Source: Nanobdellota archaeon
GTDB lineage: Archaea > Nanobdellota > Nanobdellia > Parvarchaeales > Parvarchaeaceae
Reading direction: 5' to 3'
Length of the DNA stretch: 51,270 nucleotides
Assembly (NCBI GenBank): GCA_021852265.1
Contig: JAJZNV010000006.1
Coordinates: 1-51,270, forward strand
Below the pieces are notes generated by a model. That model was not told where the DNA came from and made no database searches. It saw only the letters and a program-made list of their open reading frames with translations. Shown piece after piece: positions 19,903 through 29,537 of this stretch (position 1 is the stretch's first letter; each line of letters begins with the position of its first letter). A program made the translations under genes and the position numbers.

Positions 19903-21450
19903 ATGGATAAGGACAGTATAAACCTCTCTAAAAATGTGAATATCCCTGCACAAAACATGATAACCGGGAGGGGATGTATATTTGGCCAGAGCGGTTCTGG
20001 AAAATCTTATCTCACGGGTGTTATTCTTGAGGAACTGTGCAAGCGAAAGCTTCCGTTCTGTGTGATAGATCCTGAAGGTGAATATTATCCGCTAAGGAGC
20101 ACCTTTCAGGTAATAATCATTGGCGGAAACCATGGTGATTTGGGGGTTGAAGTGGATTTCCACAGTTTATTTAGAATGAGCATACAGAATAATATTCCAG
20201 TCATACTTGATTTATCTGATACGTTACAGAAGGAATACCTTGTTAATAGAGTACTGTCGGAGTTATATTTATTGGAGAACGAGTTAAAATCCCCTTACCT
20301 TGTTGTTGTAGAAGAAGCAGACAAATTTGTACCACAGGTTCGCCACAATCTAGGGATGATAGAGGAATTGGCAGTGAGGGGACGCAAGCGTGGAATAGGA
20401 TTATTATTGGTCTCGCAAAGACCTGCAAATGTGGATAAGAATGTACTATCTCAATGTTCATATGGATTTATAGGTAAACTTACGATAGAGAATGACATCA
20501 AGGCGGTAAACATATTTTTCACAAGGACAATTCTAAGAGGCATTGCTACTCACAATCCAGGTGACTTTTCATCGTTTGGACTCGGTATAACCAGAACTAT
20601 ACACGTTAAACAGATGTTGACTGCCAACGCGGGGGCCACACCTAAATTAAAACGCACTGCTGCCGGCGAAAGGCTATCGAAGGTTATAAGTGAACTGAAA
20701 AAGGCAGTTAGCCCCTCACAACCTCCTGCAATAATACCTAAGAAAGTGATTAGCGTGAAAGCACTCCGTGAAGGAGTCGATGAATCCTATATAATGCAGT
20801 TTGCGATGAAAAATGAAAGAAAACGATTTGGGATATTTGGAGAAAAAATCGAGGATATAGAATCAATAAACAAAAAATTTATAAGCCTGGTTCTGGCCGG
20901 CATCCGGTTCCCACTAAAACACTGGAGGGAGTATAAGGAAGAGTTTCTGCTATTGGATGATAAACTGCAGTTTGCTGTATTAAATGGTAAACTATCCCTG
21001 TTTAAAGGTCCACTCAGCGGAGAGAACCGACTCCTGCCAGAGGACCACGATGTTCTTTTAGTTTTGGCGAAAGACGGTAAAAGGACTCCTGCTGAGATAA
21101 GCAAAGAATTAGGCATGGGGAATAGAGCAGTGCATAATTCGCTTAGCAGGTTAAAGCTTAGAAACCTTATCCATTCGGATAGAAAAGGGGCTTCGCTTAT
21201 CGATTATAAAAAATTTCTTATGTTAGAAAGGCCGGCAACATCCACTTTGGGTGCAGATGCTTCACTAATAATAAATCACCGTGTTGATGAACGCATAGAG
21301 AAAGAGTGGATAAGGACGCTGTTTCCATCAGCGACTATATTTGAGTGCGAGCGAGTACTTCTGCCAATATACGAAGTAAAGCTAAAACACAAAGATAAGG
21401 TGCGTATCTTACTCATAGATGCCGTATACGGCAGATTGTTAAGAGATTAG
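19903..21450 (+). CDS. HerA/DUF87-like P-loop ATPase fused to a winged-HTH-containing C-terminal region
   Basis: GQSGSGKS, IDPEGEY, VVEEAD, RGRKRG, SQRPA, VLSQC; later TPAEISKELGM..RAVHNSLSRL wHTH. Confidence 0.85.
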   Translation: MDKDSINLSKNVNIPAQNMITGRGCIFGQSGSGKSYLTGVILEELCKRKLPFCVIDPEGEYYPLRSTFQVIIIGGNHGDLGVEVDFHSLFRMSIQNNIPVILDLSDTLQKEYLVNRVLSELYLLENELKSPYLVVVEEADKFVPQVRHNLGMIEELAVRGRKRGIGLLLVSQRPANVDKNVLSQCSYGFIGKLTIENDIKAVNIFFTRTILRGIATHNPGDFSSFGLGITRTIHVKQMLTANAGATPKLKRTAAGERLSKVISELKKAVSPSQPPAIIPKKVISVKALREGVDESYIMQFAMKNERKRFGIFGEKIEDIESINKKFISLVLAGIRFPLKHWREYKEEFLLLDDKLQFAVLNGKLSLFKGPLSGENRLLPEDHDVLLVLAKDGKRTPAEISKELGMGNRAVHNSLSRLKLRNLIHSDRKGASLIDYKKFLMLERPATSTLGADASLIINHRVDERIEKEWIRTLFPSATIFECERVLLPIYEVKLKHKDKVRILLIDAVYGRLLRD

Positions 21451-21454
21451 CCAG

Positions 21455-22036
21455 CTAATATGGCGTAAAAGTTATGTGCACTGATTCCATTTTTTTATAG
21501 AACGCTTCTTCCGCAACCTCTTCTTTTGGCTGATAAATCAGATGCTCAAGGCCGGTCCATATGCTAAACCAGCTAGCTGGCGTAAGAACTATGCCTATTG
21601 CGTCGGTCAGTATAGCATTTAAGTCGAATGTCACGGGCGTGGATAAAGTAAGAGCATCCACGAGACCTAAGATTATGCCAATAAGGATAAGCAGTAATGC
21701 CTGTTGTTTATATGCTAAAATGGCCTTTTTTGCGCTTTTATAATGCCTCCTGAAATGCTCTTTTAAGCGCTGCTTTATTAGTTCCTCATGTGACAAGCTT
21801 CTAGTTACTTTCGGTATCAAAAACCTTAGCTCAACTCCCTCCCCTTTATCCCGAGTCGCACGCTTAGCTTCGGATAAAAAGTCTTCAGATAATGAGCGCT
21901 CACTGTATGGTCTGGGATCAAAATCCGAAAAGATGTCATCATAAGTGTCTAGGATAAGGCTTACCTCCATCTTATTAAGAATGCTTTTTATGCCTACCGC
22001 ATTATCCTCTTCCACTATTAATACTCTCTCTATCAC
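21455..22036 (-). CDS. Hypothetical protein with two C-terminal TM helices
   Basis: Ordered-looking N-domain (YDDIFSDFDPRP..ERSLSEDF) followed by two hydrophobic segments; start uncertain. Confidence 0.7.
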   Translation of the reverse strand: MIERVLIVEEDNAVGIKSILNKMEVSLILDTYDDIFSDFDPRPYSERSLSEDFLSEAKRATRDKGEGVELRFLIPKVTRSLSHEELIKQRLKEHFRRHYKSAKKAILAYKQQALLLILIGIILGLVDALTLSTPVTFDLNAILTDAIGIVLTPASWFSIWTGLEHLIYQPKEEVAEEAFYKKMESVHITFTPY

Positions 22037-22173
22037 ATTTTAAACATTCACATAATCCATACTAAAAACAGAATCAAAATGGTCGACACACTTACATTTA
22101 AATTTTTGGCATTGCATGCCATATACCATAAATCAGACACTGACCAAATTGGTATACTGCAAGTAAAATTCTG

Positions 22174-23952
22174 CTATTTGTATTGATTCAGAGCCAGTAT
22201 CGCTGACACCAATCCGACGTGAGATAATGCCTGTGGATAATTTCCAAGGTATTTCTTGTCCTTTAAATCTAACTCTTCCGGTAGTAGGTGAAGATCATTG
22301 AAGTATGTCAACAATTTTCCCAAACCTTCTCTTGCCCGTTCTACCTGGCCCATAAGCGCAAGGTCCTCAATATACCAAAATGATATTAACAAGAATCCGT
22401 TATCTGAAAAAGGCTTGCCGTCTTCGACTTCGTATCTCTTGAACAAAAAATCAGTAGGCATTAGGCGTTTCTCTATTTCCTTAAAAGTGTTAACAAATAG
22501 TTCGTCGTGCGGGCTGCAGAAACCCACTAAAGGCAACCTTAACAATGCCGCGTCTACATTATTTGAGCCGAAGGACTGAACATAAAAATGGCGAGTCTTG
22601 TCCAGTCCTTTTTCCTGTACAGTCTTCTTTATCTCATCGGCTATTGCATGAATCTTATTTATTTCTTCGGGAGATTCTATGTTTGAAAGGAGTGTAGCAG
22701 CGTTATTCAGAGCCTCCCATGCAACTATTTTGGAATATACATATTGACGATCCTCGCTTCTCATTTCCCATATAGACCTATCCGGCTCCATCCAACGTTC
22801 CATGAGTTTATGTGCGGTAGTCTTTACCATCTCTAGCATCTCTGTAGTTATAGTCCCACCATGTTTCTGCGCTACGTTTATTGCGTTTATCAAAGAGCCA
22901 TATTGATCTAATTGGAACTGTTCTATCGCTTTATTCCCGAATCTTACCGGTTTTGAGTCCAGATACCCGTTAAGTGGCACTTCCCTCTCAACAACTGCAT
23001 TCGAATTAGAGATAGGGTACATGGACTTTATTACGCCTTTATCTGCCTGTATTTGATTCACGAGACTATAGAAGAACTTCATTGCCTCATCTATATGTCC
23101 AAGGTTAGCAAGAGCATCTATGACATAGGCGGTATCACGTATCCACATAAATCTATAATCCCAATTTTCTCCGCCACCCACAACCTCGGGTAGGGAAGCT
23201 GTAGGCGCCGCAACCATAAAATATTTCGGGTCAAAGAACATCCCCTTAAGAGCTAACACGGACCGGTTTATCCACTCCGAGAACTCTCCGGAGTACCTTG
23301 ATTTAGATATAAGGGTCTTCCAGAAGAGTTCTGTCTCGTCTAGACGGTGCTCGCTATTGAAGCTTTTTATGTGGTGGCTTTCCTTAACAGAATTCGCGGT
23401 TACAAACCATGTTACTTCGCCGGCTGACATCTTAAAAACCCCACTAATACCATTTGTTTTCTTATCGAGTTTTATGTCCGTAGACAGGGCCTGTGTCCTG
23501 TCCCCCATTTTGATTATATACCCATTATCAGCAAATTCCACAGCCTCTAGTTTCTCCTTCTGATTGAACGGAAAGAAATCTATTTTAACATCAATCGCCT
23601 CTTTAAAGCACTCTACGCGCCTATGTATTTCGGGAAGGAGCGCCTGCGGCTGGTCCAACATGGGCAGGAAATCCGATAATCTTAAAGCTAACTTATCGTT
23701 ATAAAAAAATTCTGTCAGAAGTACATTTGTATCTTCCTTGTATCTTTGAGAAGATTTATAATCTGAATCTACCGGAGATATTGCGAAATAACCTCCGCTG
23801 CTCCTGTCAAGTATAGAGAAAAACACCGGATCTGAATCAAAATTTGGAAAACATGCCCAATCTATCTCTCCATCTTTAGAAACCAAGGCCGCGCTTCTAT
23901 TATTGAACAAAACTCCATGATCTTCTATACGTGGAAAATCCGAAAGTGCCAT
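22174..23952 (-). CDS. GH15 glycoside hydrolase (trehalase/glucoamylase-like)
   Basis: AALVSKDGEIDWAC, AAPTASLPE, WDYRFMWIRD, QLDQYG, IWEMR, GNYPQALSH. Confidence 0.92.
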   Translation of the reverse strand: MALSDFPRIEDHGVLFNNRSAALVSKDGEIDWACFPNFDSDPVFFSILDRSSGGYFAISPVDSDYKSSQRYKEDTNVLLTEFFYNDKLALRLSDFLPMLDQPQALLPEIHRRVECFKEAIDVKIDFFPFNQKEKLEAVEFADNGYIIKMGDRTQALSTDIKLDKKTNGISGVFKMSAGEVTWFVTANSVKESHHIKSFNSEHRLDETELFWKTLISKSRYSGEFSEWINRSVLALKGMFFDPKYFMVAAPTASLPEVVGGGENWDYRFMWIRDTAYVIDALANLGHIDEAMKFFYSLVNQIQADKGVIKSMYPISNSNAVVEREVPLNGYLDSKPVRFGNKAIEQFQLDQYGSLINAINVAQKHGGTITTEMLEMVKTTAHKLMERWMEPDRSIWEMRSEDRQYVYSKIVAWEALNNAATLLSNIESPEEINKIHAIADEIKKTVQEKGLDKTRHFYVQSFGSNNVDAALLRLPLVGFCSPHDELFVNTFKEIEKRLMPTDFLFKRYEVEDGKPFSDNGFLLISFWYIEDLALMGQVERAREGLGKLLTYFNDLHLLPEELDLKDKKYLGNYPQALSHVGLVSAILALNQYK

Positions 23953-24019
23953 TTATAACCTAGGTATTTTGAGAATATATTTGTTATAAGAGAAGGCTGT
24001 TATTTATAGAAACAAACAT

Positions 24020-24568
24020 TCAACCCTTAATCCCCACGACCTTTATACTGAATATCAGAGTGTCTCCTGCCAGAGGAGGATTAAAATTAATGGTTGCATT
24101 TGTGCGGTTTAATGAGATTATCCTGCCCTGCTGATATGCATTACCAACAGTTTCTCCTAAGTATACGGTCTGATTTTGAAATACTGAGATCGGCACTGTT
24201 ATTATCAGTGATTTGTTAACATCACCGTACGCCTCTGAAGGTGGCAGGGTAATATTTTTAGTCTCTCCAAGTGACATACCTATCACAGCGTTATTGAAGC
24301 CGGTAATTATATGACTTGAACCAACTACAAAATTAAGCGGATTCTGACCTACATTCGAGCCGAATACGGTACCATTGGTTAGATATCCGGTGTAGTAGAC
24401 GCTAACATTGTCTCCCGGTGACACTGTTCCTATAGATGCAGGGCTTCCTGCATGGGCAGTTAGTGCATAGTAAACAAAAAGAATTGTGACTATTGATATC
24501 AGTGCGACGATCAGGTAAATAAATTTGAAATGCAATTTTGCTTTGTTAACCGGTTCGACAGTGTCCAT
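24020..24568 (-). CDS. Membrane-anchored FKBP-type peptidyl-prolyl isomerase
   Basis: N-terminal TM then GDNVSVYYTG, GFNNAVIGM, PSEAYG, NFNPPLAG; many N-x-S/T sequons. Confidence 0.88.
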   Translation of the reverse strand: MDTVEPVNKAKLHFKFIYLIVALISIVTILFVYYALTAHAGSPASIGTVSPGDNVSVYYTGYLTNGTVFGSNVGQNPLNFVVGSSHIITGFNNAVIGMSLGETKNITLPPSEAYGDVNKSLIITVPISVFQNQTVYLGETVGNAYQQGRIISLNRTNATINFNPPLAGDTLIFSIKVVGIKG

Positions 24569-24672
24569 ACTAAGATAATTTAGCATAGTTCTTTGTATTT
24601 AAATCTAATTCATTGAATTAAATAAAGCAGTGTACTTCTACTGCAGTTTTGAGCTTCTGCCACTATGATAAT

Positions 24673-25539
24673 CTAGAGAGTGGGGATATCCATATAAGCC
24701 TGTAGTGTCCTGCTAGGCTTAATACTCTGCAGAGCATTATCTATCCCGCGTGTGAGTTTATTCGCTCCTGCGGACAAGCGTGCATAGGCACTTTTGCATC
24801 TGTTAGTAAGGTAGGTGTAGCCATTTTCAATTTTTGTCTTGTAGAATTTCCATGATTTATCAAGGCTACTGTACAGATTTGCGCTGGTCTTTTTCATCCA
24901 CGCCTTTACACGTGGTGCATTCTTATACAACCAAAATGCTGTCTTTAAAACTGCATAAGCAGCTAGGGAATATACTCCAAGAACGTACCCAGTAAGCAGC
25001 CCTGGAATAAAAGAGGGTGTATTTACAAGTTTTGCCAGGCTTCCATACATTGTGTGTTTGAACGCGTTTATTCTCCAACCATAATCTGCCTTAGGCAGGG
25101 GGTATACAGGTTTACCGGCGGCTATCGAAGCTGATGAATAATCCATTCCGACTGCATTTGCAGGACCAGTGATTAGATTTGCAAGATTCTCCTTTTTTGA
25201 TGCTTTTTTATCGTACAGTGTTGCTACGCCAGCGCCGAAATCTGTGCTCATCAGTCCAAGCTGGTAAAGCTGTGTCGACACTGGAAAAATAAATTGCAGT
25301 GCGCCCGGTATGTATTTGCCGAGCCATTTACCTGCTCTTGTTGCAAGTGAATCTATACTTTTTGGGTGAAGTGCATCAAACGCACCCAGTCCAAGGCAAG
25401 AAAGACCGAATTTTGAAGCTTTTTTCAGTCCTTTTTTAAATGCAGTACCATCCGAGCTGTTCTGGTATTTGGATGGCGCACCCATTACATGCTTTAGCAA
25501 AAGTGTTTCTATACCCTTCTTAGATGCCATACGCTGCAA
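24673..25539 (-). CDS. Orphan basic protein with hydrophobic/amphipathic segments
   Basis: 288-codon ORF filling the gap between FKBP and EEP genes; no recognised motif. Confidence 0.6.
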   Translation of the reverse strand: MQRMASKKGIETLLLKHVMGAPSKYQNSSDGTAFKKGLKKASKFGLSCLGLGAFDALHPKSIDSLATRAGKWLGKYIPGALQFIFPVSTQLYQLGLMSTDFGAGVATLYDKKASKKENLANLITGPANAVGMDYSSASIAAGKPVYPLPKADYGWRINAFKHTMYGSLAKLVNTPSFIPGLLTGYVLGVYSLAAYAVLKTAFWLYKNAPRVKAWMKKTSANLYSSLDKSWKFYKTKIENGYTYLTNRCKSAYARLSAGANKLTRGIDNALQSIKPSRTLQAYMDIPTL

Positions 25540-25592
25540 TATTATTAAATATGAATACCAGTCATATATAAATATTCAAATGGTGGTATCCT

Positions 25593-26366
25593 GTGAAATT
25601 AATATCTCTGAACATAGAACACGGCGCAAACATTAGAAAGCTGGTAGACTTCATAAAAAAACAATCTGAAACAACTGACATTTTCGTGTTCCAAGAGATG
25701 GATGAGCCAACCAGCAGCGGGCCAACGAAGGCACCCGGGGGTGTCTTGGGAAATAACATAACCCTGCCAGCAGCATACTCTACAATAAGCAATGTGCTCA
25801 GTGATTTTGTTCCTTACCGGTCAAAACCATACGTCTCGCTCGGTAGCTTCCTTGCGATATTTGTAAAACGTGGTTTAGAAATTGACGGGCGCAGGGAAAG
25901 GGTGTTGACTAAAACGGTAGAACTTTTCGGCTTGAATTCGAGATCTAGATTATTATGTATACGGGTGCACAAGGGTGATAAATCCTTTTGGGTGTGTAAT
26001 ACACATGGTGTGCTTATACCGGGTAAATGGAGAGAAGATACAGCAGAGAGGCTGCTTCAATCTAGAATGATTCTGAATACACTCTCAGAGTTTGAAGAGC
26101 CTAAGTTACTCTGTGGAGATTTCAACTTACCACCTCATACAAAGACAATGGAATTACTGGAGAAAAACATGGATAACTTAATAGTTAGATATAAAATAAA
26201 GAATACCCGCAGCAGGCTGTACCTAAAAAATGCCAAGTATGCAAACGGTGCGGAAATAACTGACCATATCCTTATATCTCGGGATGTAAAAGCCACTGGT
26301 TTCAAGGTCCTGGATACCAACGTCTCAGATCATCTACCGCTGGTATTAAATTTTTCTGTTGTTTGA
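25593..26366 (+). CDS. Endonuclease/exonuclease/phosphatase (EEP) family protein
   Basis: SLNI, FQE, NTH, CGDFN, DHILI, SDHLP. Confidence 0.9.
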   Translation: MKLISLNIEHGANIRKLVDFIKKQSETTDIFVFQEMDEPTSSGPTKAPGGVLGNNITLPAAYSTISNVLSDFVPYRSKPYVSLGSFLAIFVKRGLEIDGRRERVLTKTVELFGLNSRSRLLCIRVHKGDKSFWVCNTHGVLIPGKWREDTAERLLQSRMILNTLSEFEEPKLLCGDFNLPPHTKTMELLEKNMDNLIVRYKIKNTRSRLYLKNAKYANGAEITDHILISRDVKATGFKVLDTNVSDHLPLVLNFSVV

Positions 26367-26467
26367 GCTTTTCTGGCACAGGTTATGGTGTGTAATAATT
26401 TTTAGTAAAAATTACAATTTATACTAAGAAAGTTAAGTATTTGTACAAGTTTGTTTCTATAAAATAG

Positions 26468-27202
26468 ATGAAAATTGCAGACTTAGAAAAGATAGTATCG
26501 GAAAGCTCTACGAGCCCTGCCTTATCGGTTGTGCAGTCGGAGCAAAAATTTAACTGGCGTTCTGGCCTTGGCACATATATAAACACAATATCCGACGTCC
26601 AAACAAAGACTAAATATACAAGGCATAATAGTGAGTATAACATTCACGCATTAAATCAAGCGGATCTAATAAACTTAAGCGCTGAATGTCTAACATACGA
26701 AGTATACGGTGAACTAAACCAAGGCCATAACTGCGTTGATATAACACTTGAAACGGGTGACGAGAACAGTATAGACGGAAAACCTGGTAATGGGATAAGT
26801 GACAAGTATACTCTACAGGACAGCGTATATATGGATACACTTGAAGGAAATGTTTCATTAGGAGGCTACGAACTAATTTCTTCAAATAAACTTTGTTCCT
26901 TTTCTAAAGGGGATAAAAATAATGAATCAAAAAGCTTGCTTGCATTATTTATTAACCGAAAGTGGAATGATACGCTGATTGTAAGGTACACTGAAAAAAA
27001 GAGCGAAGGTGGTGTTGTTGAACAAGAGCTCTACTTCTCGGAAGGTGAACGTGACATGTCGCGTTTAGACACCGGGAAAAACACTGGACTTATTGAGATA
27101 TTAAAAAGGATAGATTTTATGCATGAACACAGGTTAAAGCAGATTAGTTCTCACTTTATCGGATATTCCGATGAGTTACTAAATCAAATAGGTCTAAAAT
27201 AG
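26468..27202 (+). CDS. Hypothetical soluble protein (orphan)
   Basis: 244-codon ORF with a TTAAGTA box upstream; no recognised motif. Confidence 0.6.
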   Translation: MKIADLEKIVSESSTSPALSVVQSEQKFNWRSGLGTYINTISDVQTKTKYTRHNSEYNIHALNQADLINLSAECLTYEVYGELNQGHNCVDITLETGDENSIDGKPGNGISDKYTLQDSVYMDTLEGNVSLGGYELISSNKLCSFSKGDKNNESKSLLALFINRKWNDTLIVRYTEKKSEGGVVEQELYFSEGERDMSRLDTGKNTGLIEILKRIDFMHEHRLKQISSHFIGYSDELLNQIGLK

Positions 27203-27294
27203 ACCTGTTGAATTGAAATCAGAAATGCCATTTAGAGCATAGCTTTATTTTAAATTCGACAGCTTAAATATTTACAGTAATTATTATAAATTTG

Positions 27295-29187
27295 ATGGCG
27301 ATGTCCACACTTACGAAAAACAGAAATAAAGTTAGGTCATTTTATGAATGGACATTTGGCGTTATAAGCGTATATCCTTTACCTTCATTTGCATTCATAG
27401 GTCTTCTTTTTGGTGTACTATTCTTTTTCTTCATAAACGGAGAATTCGCGGATATAATCTGGTTCTTGACGCTTATAATAGGAGGTATTCCAATAGTTTT
27501 TCAAACTTTAAAAAAGATGCTGGCGGGCAAATTTGCTTCGGACATAGTTGCGATGCTGGCCATAATAGTATCAATAATACTGCATCAGTCATTTGCTGGA
27601 GCAATAATAGTACTTATGCAATCTAGCGGGGAAGGAATTGAGAGATACGGATTTAGAAGAGCTTCCTCTTCTATAGAGGCTCTTTTGGCAAGGGCACCTA
27701 AGCTAGCTAGAAAAAAGGTAGGTTCACACCTAGAAAATATAGATGCAACGCGAGTAGTTGTAGGAGATATTCTAATTGTGGCCCGTGGCGATCTTATACC
27801 GGTAGATGGTACGATAATATCTGGAGAATCATATGTTGATGAGTCTGCGTTGACAGGTGAGCCTATACCAATTAAAAAAAGAACTGGCGATACCGTGATG
27901 AGCGGGAGCGTGAATGTATCGGACACATTTGAGATAAGGACCGATAGAATAAGTAAAGAAAGTGCTTATGCACGTATTGTCGAACTCGTAAAGGATGCAC
28001 AAAAACACAAACCACCCGTACAGAGACTAGCAGACCAGTATGCTGTCTGGTTTACTCCGCTTACATTGGCTATGGGTGCGTTTGGTTTTTTTGTTACGTT
28101 TAAGGTGTCGACAATACTTGCTGTCTTAGTGGTTGCTACACCTTGTCCATTAATAATAGCGGTGCCGATAGCAGTGTTATCCGCAATAAATAAGGCATCT
28201 AGGGATGGCATAGTTGTCAAGAGTGGCGCAGCAATGGAACAGATAAGCGGTGTCAAAGCAGTCTTCTTTGATAAAACAGGAACAATAACATTCGGTGCTC
28301 CTGTAATGGAGGATATTTTATCCATCGGAGTATATAGCAAGAGAGATCTTCTATACAAGAGCGGCTGCCTTGAACAGCTTTCATCTCATCCTCTAGCAAT
28401 AGAAGTGACTAAACGCGCGAAGGCTGAGTTCAAAAGACTTGAAGTCCCGAAAAAATTCAGAGAGACCCCTTCCTTTGGAGTCGAAGGGTATCTCGGAGGA
28501 AAGCGTATAGTGATTGGTTCGAGAAAACTTTATGAGCGCGAGGCATCTCAGAAGCTAGCTCAAAAATATATCAACCTTGTAGATAAAGCGAATGCGAACG
28601 GGAAACTCTGCTCATTCATAACAATTAATGGCAAATTAGAGGGGATAATAGTATTAACCGATCAGATAAGACCCGGTGTGCAGACCACTGTCCAGAAATT
28701 TAAAGACATAGGCGTAAACGAAGTTATAATGCTTACGGGGGATAACCAGACAAATGCAAGAGTTATAGCGGATCAGGCAGGTATCTCCCATTTTGAAGCA
28801 GGTCTGATGCCAAATGATAAAGTAAAGTTCATAAAAACGGCGACAGAAAAAGAGGGAGCTACCGCAATGGTAGGCGACGGAATAAACGATGCGCCAGCCT
28901 TGGCAACGGCAACGGTTGGTATAGCAATGGGTGCACATGGTACTGGAATAACTGCTGAGGCAGCAGATATGGTCTTATTGGTTGATGACATAACAAAGGT
29001 CGCCGATGTAATTACGATAGGTAAACGCATGCTTCAAATCGCCAAGCAAAGCATCTACATAGGTGTAGGGATGAGTATAGTTCTTATGGTGATTGCGAGC
29101 TTCGGCGTTATACCTCCTCCAATCGGGGCTGTTGTACAGGAAGGCCTAGACATAACAGTTATACTTAATGCGCTAAGAGTCAGGTAG
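27295..29187 (+). CDS. Heavy-metal P1B-type ATPase, P1B-5 subclass signature, without hemerythrin
   Basis: LTGE, ATPCPL, DKTGT, SHP, TGD, GDGINDAP, last TM QEGLD (QExxD). Confidence 0.9.
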   Translation: MAMSTLTKNRNKVRSFYEWTFGVISVYPLPSFAFIGLLFGVLFFFFINGEFADIIWFLTLIIGGIPIVFQTLKKMLAGKFASDIVAMLAIIVSIILHQSFAGAIIVLMQSSGEGIERYGFRRASSSIEALLARAPKLARKKVGSHLENIDATRVVVGDILIVARGDLIPVDGTIISGESYVDESALTGEPIPIKKRTGDTVMSGSVNVSDTFEIRTDRISKESAYARIVELVKDAQKHKPPVQRLADQYAVWFTPLTLAMGAFGFFVTFKVSTILAVLVVATPCPLIIAVPIAVLSAINKASRDGIVVKSGAAMEQISGVKAVFFDKTGTITFGAPVMEDILSIGVYSKRDLLYKSGCLEQLSSHPLAIEVTKRAKAEFKRLEVPKKFRETPSFGVEGYLGGKRIVIGSRKLYEREASQKLAQKYINLVDKANANGKLCSFITINGKLEGIIVLTDQIRPGVQTTVQKFKDIGVNEVIMLTGDNQTNARVIADQAGISHFEAGLMPNDKVKFIKTATEKEGATAMVGDGINDAPALATATVGIAMGAHGTGITAEAADMVLLVDDITKVADVITIGKRMLQIAKQSIYIGVGMSIVLMVIASFGVIPPPIGAVVQEGLDITVILNALRVR

Positions 29188-29244
29188 TTGACTTTGTAAT
29201 TAGAGAATAAAAAGCAATTAAGAAGCACCCTTGTATATTGTACT

Positions 29245-29484
29245 TTAGTTTTTAGGAGGCAATTGATCGGTGCTTTCAGTTGTATGTGTTTTTAAATGGG
29301 AGTCAAGTTCCTCTTTTGTGTTGAATACTGCACTGCATTTATCACATTTGAAGGACTGACTCTGTAGTTGTGGAGGTGTTGTCGGTTGTGCAGCATGTGT
29401 ACTCATGTGTGAATCTAGTTCTTGCTGTGTTTTAAATTTAGACCCACATACTTTGCACTTAAACGATTTCCAAAACAGATGCAT
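29245..29484 (-). CDS. Tandem classical C2H2 zinc-finger protein
   Basis: FKCKVCGSKFKTQQELDSHMSTH and FKCDKCSAVFNTKEELDSHLKTH. Confidence 0.85.
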   Translation of the reverse strand: MHLFWKSFKCKVCGSKFKTQQELDSHMSTHAAQPTTPPQLQSQSFKCDKCSAVFNTKEELDSHLKTHTTESTDQLPPKN

Positions 29485-29537
29485 TTTATTTGTATGCACT
29501 TTAGATATAAAAACTTTAAGTCACGATAGATTCTGGT

